Notes: a model not told the origin generated them from the sequence alone. 53,348 nucleotides of DNA from a virus (IMGVR_UViG_3300029787_000068:1-53348); one strand, 5' to 3'. Positions 35,484-45,731 are shown, numbered from the stretch's first letter. Translations and numbers: made by a program.

Positions 35484-36377
35484 TTAGGTTGACACTGTTT
35501 CTAGTTGCTGCAAAAGATTGCGAAGACCTTCGGCCCGCTGCGAACCTCTCAACAAATTGTGTTGATCGCCTTCATCGTTACCGCTTGGAAGTCTGCAAAT
35601 GTATCCGCACATATCCACTTCACCATAAAACTTTGAAGGATCTTGAACTGCGTTCTTACGAAGTTCTGGTTCCCAGTGATCCCACAATCCTAACAAGCCA
35701 AGTCGATAAAGAAGTTCAACCTTGTCGGCTTTGCCGTACATGCACTCTTCATTGAATCGCTTGTCGTGGTTTGGTGTGAACGCTAGTTGTAACTCTGTCA
35801 GTCCGATACTTCGTTGCGTTCCAAAATCATATATTGATTTCAGAACTGGTGGGTCCGTCAAAAATGTATCGAGGTTGTCAACTCTCCATGTGGGGAATGC
35901 AAAGTATCCGGCCTCGGAATGATCTTCGGCAAACATACGAAACTGCATAAACCCATCGTCCCGAAAAAACATTCCACCGTCTTCGGGGCAGCACACATCT
36001 ACACCCTGCTCGAAACTAATATCGAGGCAATGGTTGCGGGCCGGATTTACGTTGGTGATATATTTTAATTTTTCTTTGGCTGATGGAAGGTTGTTGAACT
36101 CGGAGGGGAAGAACGGAATGTGGTAGATGTTTTCTTTTTGAACATCGTAAGCATGTAACATGCTTACAATCTCAATGCATGTTTGATTGTCAGCTATGCG
36201 ATTCAACAACCATCTTTTGCGAACCATGCCGAACTGGGATTCATGCTTCAAAATATATTCTAAATTCTTCAGGGTCTGGCCCTTCGGGTGCCTCGGAGGT
36301 AAATCGTTTCCAAGAATTCTCCATAGATCAAACACCATAACTTTATAACTCCATGAACTGGGTGTGCTGACATTCAT
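35484..36377 (-). CDS. Hypothetical protein, possibly GT-A-like
   Basis: Last gene of the glycosyltransferase operon; N.ARN..L and EDGG; TAATG coupling. Confidence 0.5.
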   Translation of the reverse strand: MNVSTPSSWSYKVMVFDLWRILGNDLPPRHPKGQTLKNLEYILKHESQFGMVRKRWLLNRIADNQTCIEIVSMLHAYDVQKENIYHIPFFPSEFNNLPSAKEKLKYITNVNPARNHCLDISFEQGVDVCCPEDGGMFFRDDGFMQFRMFAEDHSEAGYFAFPTWRVDNLDTFLTDPPVLKSIYDFGTQRSIGLTELQLAFTPNHDKRFNEECMYGKADKVELLYRLGLLGLWDHWEPELRKNAVQDPSKFYGEVDMCGYICRLPSGNDEGDQHNLLRGSQRAEGLRNLLQQLETVST

Positions 36378-36982
36378 TATCGAAGTGCTTCTGTGCGTAA
36401 AGGAATATCGGACAGCACCGATTTTTCCCAAGGTAAAAACATCGAAGTGGTTTCGCAGTCGTCGGTCACATCTTGTTTAGTTTTAACATATCTGTCGTCT
36501 TCAAATTTCCACTTAATATTAAAGTAATCGTCCGAGGTGTCCCACGGATAGTCGTGAGTATGAAGATCGACCGGACAAATATGTGTACGGTATATTGCGA
36601 TGTCGGCATCTCGCAGTCTAAGAAACATGTCCCAGGCAGCGTCCGACTTTCGGATGATTCTTTCGTCGAATCTGCCTACTCTACAAAACAGATTCTGATG
36701 TAGACCGATCAGTCTATGATCCCCCATGTCTACAAATCCATACCCGAAATCTAACAGCGTAACTAGCTCATCCAGATGCTGTCGGCTAGGTCGTGACCAC
36801 TGATCACAAATAATTGTGTATTGACCCTGGCTCTCTGCAACGCACTCATTCCACATCGTGGCTTGAGACTCCCACGGACCGAATAGTCGCGTCCTGGGCC
36901 ATTGTGCGAGCTTGAGACAGGTGACAGCCTTGTCATCGTCTGGCACCAATTTAGTGACTATCGCCTGAGTCGCTTGAGACAT
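36377..36982 (-). CDS. Degenerate GT2-like protein
   Basis: WNECV...Y.II.D and VGRFDER......D.AWD...R. Confidence 0.5.
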   Translation of the reverse strand: MSQATQAIVTKLVPDDDKAVTCLKLAQWPRTRLFGPWESQATMWNECVAESQGQYTIICDQWSRPSRQHLDELVTLLDFGYGFVDMGDHRLIGLHQNLFCRVGRFDERIIRKSDAAWDMFLRLRDADIAIYRTHICPVDLHTHDYPWDTSDDYFNIKWKFEDDRYVKTKQDVTDDCETTSMFLPWEKSVLSDIPLRTEALR

Positions 36983-37607
36983 CTAGCACAGCCTTCCGTA
37001 GCTTATTTTCAATGGATCGAAACTCTGATCGAGTTGTAGATCCTATGGGGTCAAAATCATAGTGGTAGAGAACGCTATCAATTTTATAAAACTTTTCTAC
37101 TTTTGCAGCCATCTCCGTAGACCACTCGGAATCCTCTCCGAAATCCTGGTCAGGGAAAGAAGTCCCCTCGGTGAGCGAACGTCTCCACACGTTGGTATGT
37201 GACGCCTTAGATATGTGTGCATCTTCCGTGATATATCCGGCAGTCACCAGTCGAGGATCGTATGTGCAAAGTATATCACGTTCCAAACCTCCATGGTGAA
37301 GCATCAGATCGTACTGTATAACGTCCACCCCAGGATTTAAACCTATAGCTTGCAAAATGGCATCGACGTAGTCGGGCGAAATTCGGTCATCGTCGTCAAC
37401 GAACGTGAGGTATTCTCCGGTCGCCATTCCCATCAACAGGTTCCGCTTTGTGCCGACAGTATGCACTTGGTTATCCAGCAGTGCAAGGATCTCCACGTCA
37501 TCGCGGCCCGAAGTCTGATCTTGCAATTCTGCAACCATCTCGGGAAAGTGTTTTCCTAGCCGGTCGGGAATGGTCGTGATTAAGATCGAGAGTTTTCGGG
37601 TTCCCAT
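36951..37607 (-). CDS. Glycosyltransferase family 2
   Basis: LSILITT, GTKRN, GEYLTFVDDDD and GED. Confidence 0.85.
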   Translation of the reverse strand: MGTRKLSILITTIPDRLGKHFPEMVAELQDQTSGRDDVEILALLDNQVHTVGTKRNLLMGMATGEYLTFVDDDDRISPDYVDAILQAIGLNPGVDVIQYDLMLHHGGLERDILCTYDPRLVTAGYITEDAHISKASHTNVWRRSLTEGTSFPDQDFGEDSEWSTEMAAKVEKFYKIDSVLYHYDFDPIGSTTRSEFRSIENKLRKAVLDVSSDSGDSH

Positions 37608-38485
37608 ATCCCTGGGATCTTGCTTCGCCCCTGCAAGTGTCTGGTGAAGGTGCATGGATGCTCTTTCCAATTTTTAGGTGTAAACCAATTGTTATACTTT
37701 TGAGAGATGGGAGATCCGGCAAACCAATGGATTCCTATCTGACTCGGAGGAAGGTCGTGACTCCACTCCCATATTTGCTCGATGCCTCTCCAGTTCCAAG
37801 GGTAAACATCATCCCCAGGTGAAGGTGTAAAAAGACGATGATTGTACCTCTCCATGATCCGTTGAGCCATGAAGTGTCCAGGGGAATGAGGTCGTATCTT
37901 TAAAATCTGACACACTCGGTTGGTGCCAAAATCTTGATATTGAGAAGGCTCCCCACCATCTTTACAGCTGTTATACATAAGTTCAAAAAACTTTAGTCCT
38001 GGCTTGCAACCTAAGAATCCAATAGTAAAGTCTCCGCAAGGCAAAGGTGCAACAAGGTCAGAGGACGCACACTTGTGCATTAGGTCGTCCATCGAATGCA
38101 TGTACAAAATATCCATGTCACTGTACCACCCACCGTGTTCATGCAGCACTTTCCACTGGTACATGTCGCACTGATGCACAGGATCCAAGTTACTTGGGAG
38201 ATCAACCACCTGAACATTTATAGGAAGATTGTATGCATCATGCATCCAGTCCGGTCCGTCATATCCGCAGAAGTCTTGTTGCTCTTGTGAAGTCCACACT
38301 GGCTTTGACTCAGAATCTCTCGACACATACAAAGTTGTTTCCCAGCTTGGATTGTGAAGGCAAAAAGTTTGCAGCGTCAAATACCGCAGCCACGACATCT
38401 TCCCGCCCGCCCAAAAAAAACACATTTTCTTGGGTATAGTTGTAACTTTATTCGACACTACCACGGTCCTCCTGACGCTTCCCAC
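37580..38485 (-). CDS. DxD glycosyltransferase (GT32/OCH1-like)
   Basis: IPK...FFW, HNPSWE, D......L..HGGWYSDMD and IHW. Confidence 0.75.
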   Translation of the reverse strand: MGSVRRTVVVSNKVTTIPKKMCFFWAGGKMSWLRYLTLQTFCLHNPSWETTLYVSRDSESKPVWTSQEQQDFCGYDGPDWMHDAYNLPINVQVVDLPSNLDPVHQCDMYQWKVLHEHGGWYSDMDILYMHSMDDLMHKCASSDLVAPLPCGDFTIGFLGCKPGLKFFELMYNSCKDGGEPSQYQDFGTNRVCQILKIRPHSPGHFMAQRIMERYNHRLFTPSPGDDVYPWNWRGIEQIWEWSHDLPPSQIGIHWFAGSPISQKYNNWFTPKNWKEHPCTFTRHLQGRSKIPGIWEPENSRS

Positions 38486-39198
38486 TTAATCTCTCCCGCC
38501 TCGGCCTGAGCTTTCTTTCGTTCATACAACTCTTTCGAGGGTATTACTAAACTACTCAGCCCTTGGGGTCGATGGTGATTCTGGTGGTAGCCTACAATTT
38601 GAGATGTAAAGACTGGTTTTAATCCCAGCCCATGGATTAAACAATCACCGAACCAATCGTCATCGTATCCTGGTTCGGTGAACTCTTCGTCATTGCCCCC
38701 AACAGCATACAGATCATTCTTCCACAACGCCCCCAAAAAAAAGAAAGGTCGTCTGTAGCTAGGGCTAGTGTATTCCATCAAAACTTGAAACTCTGGGGGA
38801 ACCCCTTCGATGTTGAACACAGTTGCAATGACAAATTCTTTAGGGTTCAGGGCGTAGCACAAATCTTGAATTGCGTTTCCTCGGTGTATTACGTCATCGG
38901 ACTGGGCAATAATAATCTCACCCTTTGCATGTCGGTACGCATGATTGCGAGCAACCGAAGGGTTTCGATATCGAGAATTTTCTAATCGGTGAAGTTTAAA
39001 GTTCGCATATCTTTCCCACTGCTTACACATCCACCAAGTCTCATCGTCAGATCCGTCATCTACAACAATCACCTCGAACTGTGGCGAATCATTTATCTGA
39101 GCATAGATAGATTCAAGAACTCGTTTAAGGTATTCTTCTTTGTTCTTAGTTGCAATGCATATCGATGCAGTTACACTTCCACAGGTTCGACAACTCAT
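38458..39198 (-). CDS. Glycosyltransferase family 2
   Basis: SICIATKN, EVIVVDDGSDD, ARN, SDD and GG.DEEF..PGYDD. Confidence 0.85.
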   Translation of the reverse strand: MSCRTCGSVTASICIATKNKEEYLKRVLESIYAQINDSPQFEVIVVDDGSDDETWWMCKQWERYANFKLHRLENSRYRNPSVARNHAYRHAKGEIIIAQSDDVIHRGNAIQDLCYALNPKEFVIATVFNIEGVPPEFQVLMEYTSPSYRRPFFFLGALWKNDLYAVGGNDEEFTEPGYDDDWFGDCLIHGLGLKPVFTSQIVGYHQNHHRPQGLSSLVIPSKELYERKKAQAEAGEIKWEASGGPW

Positions 39199-39222
39199 TG
39201 ATCGAGAATCTCCTCGTCCAGT

Positions 39223-40329
39223 TTATACAAAATCGACGTGTCGTGGTTTGGGTTCCAGAGCATACAGAATAGTTCGATTCTTATTGTTAAACATACACCT
39301 CGGACAGCCTCGGGCATCAAACTCATTGAAGTTGTGCTTCTTCATGTCGGATTCCCAGAGAGACTTGAAAGTCTGATCTTTTATCGACCCGATTATGCCC
39401 TTCTCGTTGTAAGCTAAAACACAGCATCGGTACACGTTCAGGTCGCCACCGATGTAAGTGTTAAACTCTTGATATCCACAGTATGAATACTCGGGGTTCT
39501 TCAGTTCCAGATCCTCGGTCCGGTCTCCAAAGTTGTTGAAGACTTTGAAACTTTCGTCGGACAGGCTCGACGCTTCTCTAATGATCGCCTTTGCTTCGTC
39601 ATAGAATCCATCGAAGTAGCTGATACCCTCGTCCTGAAAGATCGCAGATATTCGTACATTGTCCACGCCTGCTTCTTTTGCTCGGACAGTGCAGTCAAGT
39701 ATCTCTTTCCAGTTTTCCTTGGTGACTACAAAACCAATTCCAATGATCAGGTCGGAGTTGGGTGTTTCTTTTTTAGCCGCACACAAGTCGTCGATGTTTT
39801 TCCAGGTACGATGAAAGTGTGTCTTTGCAACTCGTCGAATGCCGGAGTAGGTGTCTTCGTTTCCGGCATCGATAGAAAACCGAACCCACTGACCTCGAAG
39901 GTATGACTCGATCAATCCCTTTCTAAACACCGCCCCGTTGCTAACAACCCCAAGACCCATACCTCGGTCCGATACTGCATTGAAGATCTCGATGTGATCG
40001 GGGTGTACAGTCGGCTCACCTCCACCAGTTACTTGGATCGCACCGACTCCCATCTCGTAGCAATCGTCAAGGATCTCCATAACTTTTGGAGTCTCGATCA
40101 TCCGCTTCGGATTATTAGTCCCAACCTGGGCGAGTTCGGAGTCGCCAGCAAAAAGTTGGTTCGAGGTATAACCCGACATCCTGTATGCACAGAACGAACA
40201 GTCTTGATTGCACAAGTCCGAAATAATTAGCTGGACTTGAGTTGGAACAATTTGTTTTCCTGATCTGATACTATCTATCCGCTCTCGGTGATGTATCACT
40301 TTCAACGGGCTATATGGTGATCCTTCCAT
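39223..40329 (-). CDS. Radical SAM enzyme with SPASM/twitch domain
   Basis: CNQDCSFC, TGGGEP and C-terminal C...G..YRCC...IG......W...CxxC. Confidence 0.9.
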   Translation of the reverse strand: MEGSPYSPLKVIHHRERIDSIRSGKQIVPTQVQLIISDLCNQDCSFCAYRMSGYTSNQLFAGDSELAQVGTNNPKRMIETPKVMEILDDCYEMGVGAIQVTGGGEPTVHPDHIEIFNAVSDRGMGLGVVSNGAVFRKGLIESYLRGQWVRFSIDAGNEDTYSGIRRVAKTHFHRTWKNIDDLCAAKKETPNSDLIIGIGFVVTKENWKEILDCTVRAKEAGVDNVRISAIFQDEGISYFDGFYDEAKAIIREASSLSDESFKVFNNFGDRTEDLELKNPEYSYCGYQEFNTYIGGDLNVYRCCVLAYNEKGIIGSIKDQTFKSLWESDMKKHNFNEFDARGCPRCMFNNKNRTILYALEPKPRHVDFV

Positions 40330-40364
40330 AATCGACTTCCATTTCGTTCATAGTTTTGGGATAA

Positions 40365-40739
40365 TTGCCACATCTCAACCCAGGTCACGGAGGCACCGCT
40401 TTGGGAACTAAAGAACGGATTATACAGGTTGCTTGGAAAAAATGGAGGCTTATTTTTGACAAGAACCTCCCTCGCGACACAGACGGCTATACCGAATCCC
40501 CTAATAAAAAACGTAAATCCATACGGATCAAGGATAATTTAGTAGGCCAGGACTTCTTGGAATGCTACCTACATGAGACTCATCATGCTGGGAACGACTC
40601 GATATGTGAAGATTATGTCGAGCAGATAGCCCATGATCAAGCCGCTTCGTTTTGCCATAAAGATTGCCTTGAGAGGTTTCTCTCATGCCCTCGGATCGTT
40701 TCAATGATCGAGGAGATTTTGGACGGTCGCAAAAAATAA
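40365..40739 (+). CDS. Small HExxH metalloprotein-like hypothetical protein
   Basis: LHETHHA and a downstream Glu; exact start uncertain. Confidence 0.55.
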   Translation: MPHLNPGHGGTALGTKERIIQVAWKKWRLIFDKNLPRDTDGYTESPNKKRKSIRIKDNLVGQDFLECYLHETHHAGNDSICEDYVEQIAHDQAASFCHKDCLERFLSCPRIVSMIEEILDGRKK

Positions 40740-40780
40740 TGCTGTGGGTGGAACCTACTAGCTAACTCGTAAGGAGACAA

Positions 40781-41827
40781 TTGATGGCTAATCATACACC
40801 AGGATTTCGGTGGACCGAGGAGAAAGAGAAGTATATTAAAAAGAGATTGAAGGAGGATCCAGATACTTCTCTTTTAACTTTTGCAAAGTATTTTGGAATC
40901 TCTGCAAACGCTGTTCGTAAAAAAATCAAAAAGATGGGGTTCACTCTTCGAGGTCTTCGCAGAGGAGAATTCCACATCGAGTCGGAGACTGAGACAGAGA
41001 AAATAGATACAGCAGATGTGTGGGCAGCATACGAAAAACAAAACGAGAAGAAGATCGCCAAGCATAAAAACGATGGCAGATACATCGCAGAGTTTCCTGA
41101 AGAAGTTATCGCGGTGTCATTTATTAGCGATCAACACATTGCGGGCAATAACATCGTGGCTCTCAAGCGAATGCGTGAAGATGCGGAATTGATTGCAAAC
41201 ACTCCTGGTCTGTTCGCTTGTCTGGGCGGTGACTCTATCGACAACCATATCAAACACAGAGCAGCCATTCTCGCGGCCCGAACTACTCCAGGCGATCAGT
41301 ACGAACTATTCGATTACTACTTGAGTCTTTTCTCTGACAAGATCCTTGGAGTGATTACAGGCAACCACGACGACTGGACTCCCCAGGTCGCAGGTGTGGA
41401 CGTGATCGCACAGATTTGTGCAAAGCATGGGATCTCGTTTAGCAGCGACGAGGCTCGCATCCAGGCATATGTAGGCGATACAGAATACCGACTTGCATGG
41501 AGACACAAATATCGCTTTGGTAGCCAGCTGAACCAAACACACAGCCCGAAACAATGGTATCGGTTCGGACCAGAACCCTTCGACATCGGAGTTGTGTGCC
41601 ACCACCATGAGACTGCAATCGAGGCTTGCATGATGCACGGCAAGCAGACCTGGGTCTGTCGACCAGGATCCTATCAGATCAATTCAGCCTACGGTCGCCA
41701 GGGCGGGTTCAACGATTCCATCCCCGCCTGTCCGACATTCTTGCTGTACCCGAATCACAGACGCATCATCGGATTCCCCGATGTTCGTGATGCAGTGATC
41801 ACGCTGAATGCGGAGCGGGGTCAGTAA
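40781..41827 (+). CDS. Calcineurin-like metallophosphoesterase with N-terminal HTH
   Basis: SDQH, GGD..DN, GNHD, RH and HHH motifs; WTEEKE...FGISANAVRKK HTH; AAGGAG RBS. Confidence 0.85.
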   Translation: MMANHTPGFRWTEEKEKYIKKRLKEDPDTSLLTFAKYFGISANAVRKKIKKMGFTLRGLRRGEFHIESETETEKIDTADVWAAYEKQNEKKIAKHKNDGRYIAEFPEEVIAVSFISDQHIAGNNIVALKRMREDAELIANTPGLFACLGGDSIDNHIKHRAAILAARTTPGDQYELFDYYLSLFSDKILGVITGNHDDWTPQVAGVDVIAQICAKHGISFSSDEARIQAYVGDTEYRLAWRHKYRFGSQLNQTHSPKQWYRFGPEPFDIGVVCHHHETAIEACMMHGKQTWVCRPGSYQINSAYGRQGGFNDSIPACPTFLLYPNHRRIIGFPDVRDAVITLNAERGQ

Positions 41828-42050
41828 TCACTTGGTGCTTAGTTTCGACCCAGCATCGTGCGCCACATGAAAGCGGATCGTCGGGCCGGTACACGACCCG
41901 TGCGATCTCGTTGCCTTCTTTGTCCACGATCACTGCTTGATGAGCGTATCGATTCTCTTTGTAATCCTTCACGGTCAACACAGGATCGGTCCCACCATTT
42001 TTCTGGTTGGCCTTCACCTTGTGTTGATTTACGTGAATGATTGTTTTCAT
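41799..42050 (-). CDS. Conserved phage hypothetical protein
   Basis: MKTIIHVNQH...PVLTVK...VVY.PD.PLSCGAR.W.ET. Confidence 0.65.
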   Translation of the reverse strand: MKTIIHVNQHKVKANQKNGGTDPVLTVKDYKENRYAHQAVIVDKEGNEIARVVYRPDDPLSCGARCWVETKHQVITDPAPHSA

Positions 42051-42092
42051 CTTGTCCCAAGATGGAAAGGGAATCTGGTGCATACGTCTGCA

Positions 42093-42452
42093 CTACTTTG
42101 CAAAGACTTCTGTCATCCAGGTCGTTGTCACTTTGATAACTGCGAAGTCTCCTTCCGCTTGCAAATGGTTAGCCACCGCACACGCATCGTGATAAGTGTC
42201 TCGAAAGATTGTTCCAATAATCTCCTGAGTAACCACGTTAAGCTGTCCGTTTATCTCCGTAAGTAGGACACCTCTTTCCCGCAGACCATCAACATCCTTC
42301 GGGTCCACCGGCCAGTAAGTGTTCTCGCCATCGGTCCATGTAGCGTCTTGGTACATGTCAAAGATTTTGTCTTTAACTTCTAGGAGTTGATAACCTTCCG
42401 TGGTTTTATTGAGAACCCTATACACAAACCGCACTTCATACTCTTCTGCCAT
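42093..42452 (-). CDS. Hypothetical protein
   Basis: GAGG RBS; start MAEEY. Confidence 0.55.
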   Translation of the reverse strand: MAEEYEVRFVYRVLNKTTEGYQLLEVKDKIFDMYQDATWTDGENTYWPVDPKDVDGLRERGVLLTEINGQLNVVTQEIIGTIFRDTYHDACAVANHLQAEGDFAVIKVTTTWMTEVFAK

Positions 42453-42459
42453 ACCGTCC

Positions 42460-42729
42460 TCACTTCTTTTTTGATCCATAGGGGCGACCAAGCTTTGGCT
42501 TGTTTGGTTTGAACTCGATGATCTCGTCACGCTTAATCAACCAAGTTCGGATCCCATACTTCTCGCCATAGAATCCTTTGGATGCAAGATTCCGTGCTTG
42601 CCGGACCGAAACATTCAAGTAACGAGCAACCACTTCCATCGGGATATGATCGCTGGTCGGAAAACCTAATTCCTTACACAGTCGATCAATGTGGTTGCTT
42701 TCCTTCTTTTTGTCTATCGCTGTCGTCAT
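42460..42729 (-). CDS. Excisionase-like HTH DNA-binding protein
   Basis: VARYLNVSVRQARNLA...G..WLI and C-terminal GRP. Confidence 0.7.
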   Translation of the reverse strand: MTTAIDKKKESNHIDRLCKELGFPTSDHIPMEVVARYLNVSVRQARNLASKGFYGEKYGIRTWLIKRDEIIEFKPNKPKLGRPYGSKKK

Positions 42730-42787
42730 CTGTATACCTCACAAAAGGGTTAATAAAAAAAAACATAACTGTTATCGGATCATTCTG

Positions 42788-43417
42788 TCAAGTGCGGTGA
42801 TCAAGCTGCCCGTCAAGTGCGGTGACCATCCCCCACTTAAACCCGCACTCAGGGCAGGTGTGTTCATACCGTGCTGCCGATACTTTTCTCGGATCTTTGG
42901 GGGAAAGCGGATATTCTAGGTCTTCATATTTTGGCTGCTCATGCATGGGGGAATAGCTGGCCGCACACGGAGGAAATAGACAGGAGGTCGGACTTCTGAA
43001 CTTACTCACCATCGCTCGGGACTGACCGACTCCGGCATATCGAAAATGAAAATAATAATTCTTTGTTTTTGGTTCGTATGGATCGTTGAACATCTCCCAG
43101 ACGTTATCTCTCAGGAACACGCCGGAGTCCTCCCACCAAGTAAATAACTCATTCGATGCATGAGACGCAAGCCAAGTGATATCGTAGTCCTGTGTCGGCC
43201 AATGTATTATTCCTTTGACGAGACTGGTGGTCGAACTGACAGATAGCCCTTCGACGTTTTTTATATACCACTTCATCAAGAACTTCAGGCTACACGTTCC
43301 ATAAAAGAATTCGTTCCGTTTGACGCCCTCCGAATACATATCATCAAATGATCCGACCGACTCTGCTATTGCATGGGCAGTGATCATCCTCTCTTCAGCG
43401 ATTTCAATTGGAATCAT
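42788..43417 (-). CDS. Hypothetical protein
   Basis: ATGA overlap; 209 aa. Confidence 0.55.
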   Translation of the reverse strand: MIPIEIAEERMITAHAIAESVGSFDDMYSEGVKRNEFFYGTCSLKFLMKWYIKNVEGLSVSSTTSLVKGIIHWPTQDYDITWLASHASNELFTWWEDSGVFLRDNVWEMFNDPYEPKTKNYYFHFRYAGVGQSRAMVSKFRSPTSCLFPPCAASYSPMHEQPKYEDLEYPLSPKDPRKVSAARYEHTCPECGFKWGMVTALDGQLDHRT

Positions 43418-43596
43418 TCGTACCCCCAGACTACATCTTCGTCTCTCGGTCTGGCGAAGAACTCTTCCCGCTCCCGTCGATCTCGGTGTTGGCAGTTAGA
43501 GCATCCTGCCGGTCTCCAGCACTTGTGGAGTTCGATCCAGCACTGGTGCAAAGCTGATCCGCATCTCAAACATTGGTATTCTTTGTCTTCGTCCAT
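43414..43596 (-). CDS. Small Cys-rich hypothetical protein
   Basis: CxxC...CxxC; coupled on both sides. Confidence 0.5.
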   Translation of the reverse strand: MDEDKEYQCLRCGSALHQCWIELHKCWRPAGCSNCQHRDRREREEFFARPRDEDVVWGYE

Positions 43597-43772
43597 TATT
43601 TTGAAATTACTCTCGACTCATAGGTTTTGTTGTTGTACTCAAAGGTCACGACATCTTCGCCGTGGATGTTAGATCGTATGTTCAGTGTTTTCATGCGGGC
43701 CTCATTCCAGCGGACCTGCTCTCCGTCGATAATCACATAAGTGCGAAACGATTTTCCTGGGTGGATATTCAT
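43596..43772 (-). CDS. Hypothetical protein
   Basis: ATGA overlap; start MNIHP. Confidence 0.5.
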   Translation of the reverse strand: MNIHPGKSFRTYVIIDGEQVRWNEARMKTLNIRSNIHGEDVVTFEYNNKTYESRVISK

Positions 43773-44002
43773 TTGTACATACTCCAGTATCGGTTCGATG
43801 ACTCTTCCACTTTGCGAGCATGCTCCTTGATCATCTTCACAGCGTAGTGGATCTGATCGAGGTAATGCTTCTCGTTCGGATGGTTCGGGTAATCTTTCAG
43901 CGTCTGCCGACAATCGTCTCGGATGTAAAAAAGTTGGAGGATGTTAGCGTCAGCGTAGATCTCTCGGAACTTCTCTTCGGTGATTGGTTTGGATGTAATC
44001 AT
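43769..44002 (-). CDS. Hypothetical protein
   Basis: ATGA overlap; start MITSK. Confidence 0.5.
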   Translation of the reverse strand: MITSKPITEEKFREIYADANILQLFYIRDDCRQTLKDYPNHPNEKHYLDQIHYAVKMIKEHARKVEESSNRYWSMYK

Positions 44003-44184
44003 TTCCCCAGGAATTCCTTTCGTGCTGCTGTTTCTTCTCGGATGACCTTCTTGACGATTGCGATGCGATGCACATCGCCTTCCTCTTCTGCGTTCGCCAA
44101 GAACGCTTCCATCTCTCGTTCCGTTGCACCGTGCAACAGGTTCTCGATGTTTCGTGTCAAAGTTTTCCAAATTCCGTGATGCAT
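43999..44184 (-). CDS. Hypothetical protein
   Basis: AAGGA RBS after a promoter. Confidence 0.55.
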   Translation of the reverse strand: MHHGIWKTLTRNIENLLHGATEREMEAFLANAEEEGDVHRIAIVKKVIREETAARKEFLGK

Positions 44185-44221
44185 GTCTTGGGTTCCTTGT
44201 TGCGTTGTTTGTTATGTCCTA

Positions 44222-44249
44222 AGTATACCATCCTATATCGGCATTGCAA
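44222..44249 (-). promoter_or_regulatory. CCGAT-spacer promoter
   Basis: TTGCAA-TGCCGATATAGGATGG (16 nt)-TATACT. Confidence 0.7.
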
Positions 44250-44303
44250 CCCTAAAAGGCTACTTTTTTTAGAAATTTTTTTACCCCTATTTTTATAGGG
44301 GTT

Positions 44304-44738
44304 TTAGTTCATCTCGGGATCGCCTGGGGGATGGACTTCATCATCTGAATCAAGATTGTTCAGATCTTCCCAGTTGAAATTCCCAGACTTGGAAGCGTCT
44401 GTGAACGCTGCTTCGAGTTTGAAAACATAGCTGGCCGCATCGGTCAGAAGGATGCTCCACTTCTCATCACACTCATCTTGAAACTCGCGGGCCGATCTCA
44501 AAGCACCTTCGACAGAACACGCTCGACTAATAACTTCCGAAACAGTTTCCTCTTCATCTTCGTCCTCTTCGTCGACAGCGTATTCGTCGGTTGCAACTTC
44601 AGCGATCACCGCCCAGGGTAAATCCATTCCGCAATTGCAATCTTCATGTTCACATACTGACTCGTCACCTAAGAAGTCAACAACTAACAGCTGGATGTTC
44701 TCGACGTTGCCGCTGAACTCTTCTATTTGTCTCTCCAT
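44304..44738 (-). CDS. Highly acidic hypothetical protein
   Basis: GGAGG RBS; D/E-rich. Confidence 0.6.
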   Translation of the reverse strand: MERQIEEFSGNVENIQLLVVDFLGDESVCEHEDCNCGMDLPWAVIAEVATDEYAVDEEDEDEEETVSEVISRACSVEGALRSAREFQDECDEKWSILLTDAASYVFKLEAAFTDASKSGNFNWEDLNNLDSDDEVHPPGDPEMN

Positions 44739-45583
44739 CGCACAGCCTCCGTGATCTGTTCGCGTCTATCGTGTTGAATTTGTTTGTAGTCTTCATTCAA
44801 CTCGATACCAATCCATTTGCGATCAAGTAACTCGGCAACAACTCCAGTTGTGCCGCTTCCATAAAACGGATCCAATACTGTACCACCTTTCGGACAGCCA
44901 GCAAGGATGCATAATTTTACCAGATCAGGTGGGTAGGTTGCAAAGTGAGATCCTGTGAATGCCTTAGTCGTGATCTCCCAAACAGATCTGCGATTCTTTT
45001 TCTCACCGACTGTGTATTCAAAGTCTCGTCTGGTTTGAAAATCTCCGGTCCTTCCCTGGCCGGATTTACTGTTTGCATACTTTCCACGTTTGACGTTTAT
45101 CTTCATCCCTGGATGCAACGAGTCTTCAGCGATTGCGGCCTGATCATAATAGTATTTTTTTTGTTTCGAGAACATGAATATATATTCGTGAGATCGAGTG
45201 CATCTATCTGCACAATTCTCGGGTGACGGATTCGGCTTACTCCAGACGATGTCCTGGCGAAGGATCCAGCCATCGGCCTGCAATGCGAAGGCTAACTTCC
45301 ACGGGATGCCTGCGAGGTTCTTGCTGGTGCGTCCAGGTCGCTCCATGATGTACGAATCCCCGATGACTATCCACAGAGTCCCGTTATCTTTGAGGGCTTT
45401 GCGGGCCGACCTGAAGACTCTCACAAGCTCTACCAAGTACTGCCCCGTGGTCTTCTCTAGGCCGATCTGCGCAGGATCCCCGTAATCCCGTAGCTGAAAG
45501 TACGGAGGAGATGTCACGATAGAACTTACCGATCCGGCTGATAGCTTTTGGAGTTCTTTGCGAGCGTCACCAAATATGATCAT
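44723..45583 (-). CDS. DNA amino-methyltransferase, beta class (N4-C or N6-A)
   Basis: TSPPY precedes VLDPFYGSGTT; also LRQDIVWSKPNP and HFATYP. Confidence 0.9.
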   Translation of the reverse strand: MIIFGDARKELQKLSAGSVSSIVTSPPYFQLRDYGDPAQIGLEKTTGQYLVELVRVFRSARKALKDNGTLWIVIGDSYIMERPGRTSKNLAGIPWKLAFALQADGWILRQDIVWSKPNPSPENCADRCTRSHEYIFMFSKQKKYYYDQAAIAEDSLHPGMKINVKRGKYANSKSGQGRTGDFQTRRDFEYTVGEKKNRRSVWEITTKAFTGSHFATYPPDLVKLCILAGCPKGGTVLDPFYGSGTTGVVAELLDRKWIGIELNEDYKQIQHDRREQITEAVRWRDK

Positions 45584-45731
45584 ATTTCAAAAATTTTAAC
45601 GAAATTTTTTACCGAAAAATGTAGACGATTCCGGCTGCATTTTACAAATTTTTCAGGGAAGCTTGGAAACAAATCGGGGAAGTTTTCGTTCTACTTGGTA
45701 GAGGGCGGGCAGAAGTCGGGAGTTGTGGACC

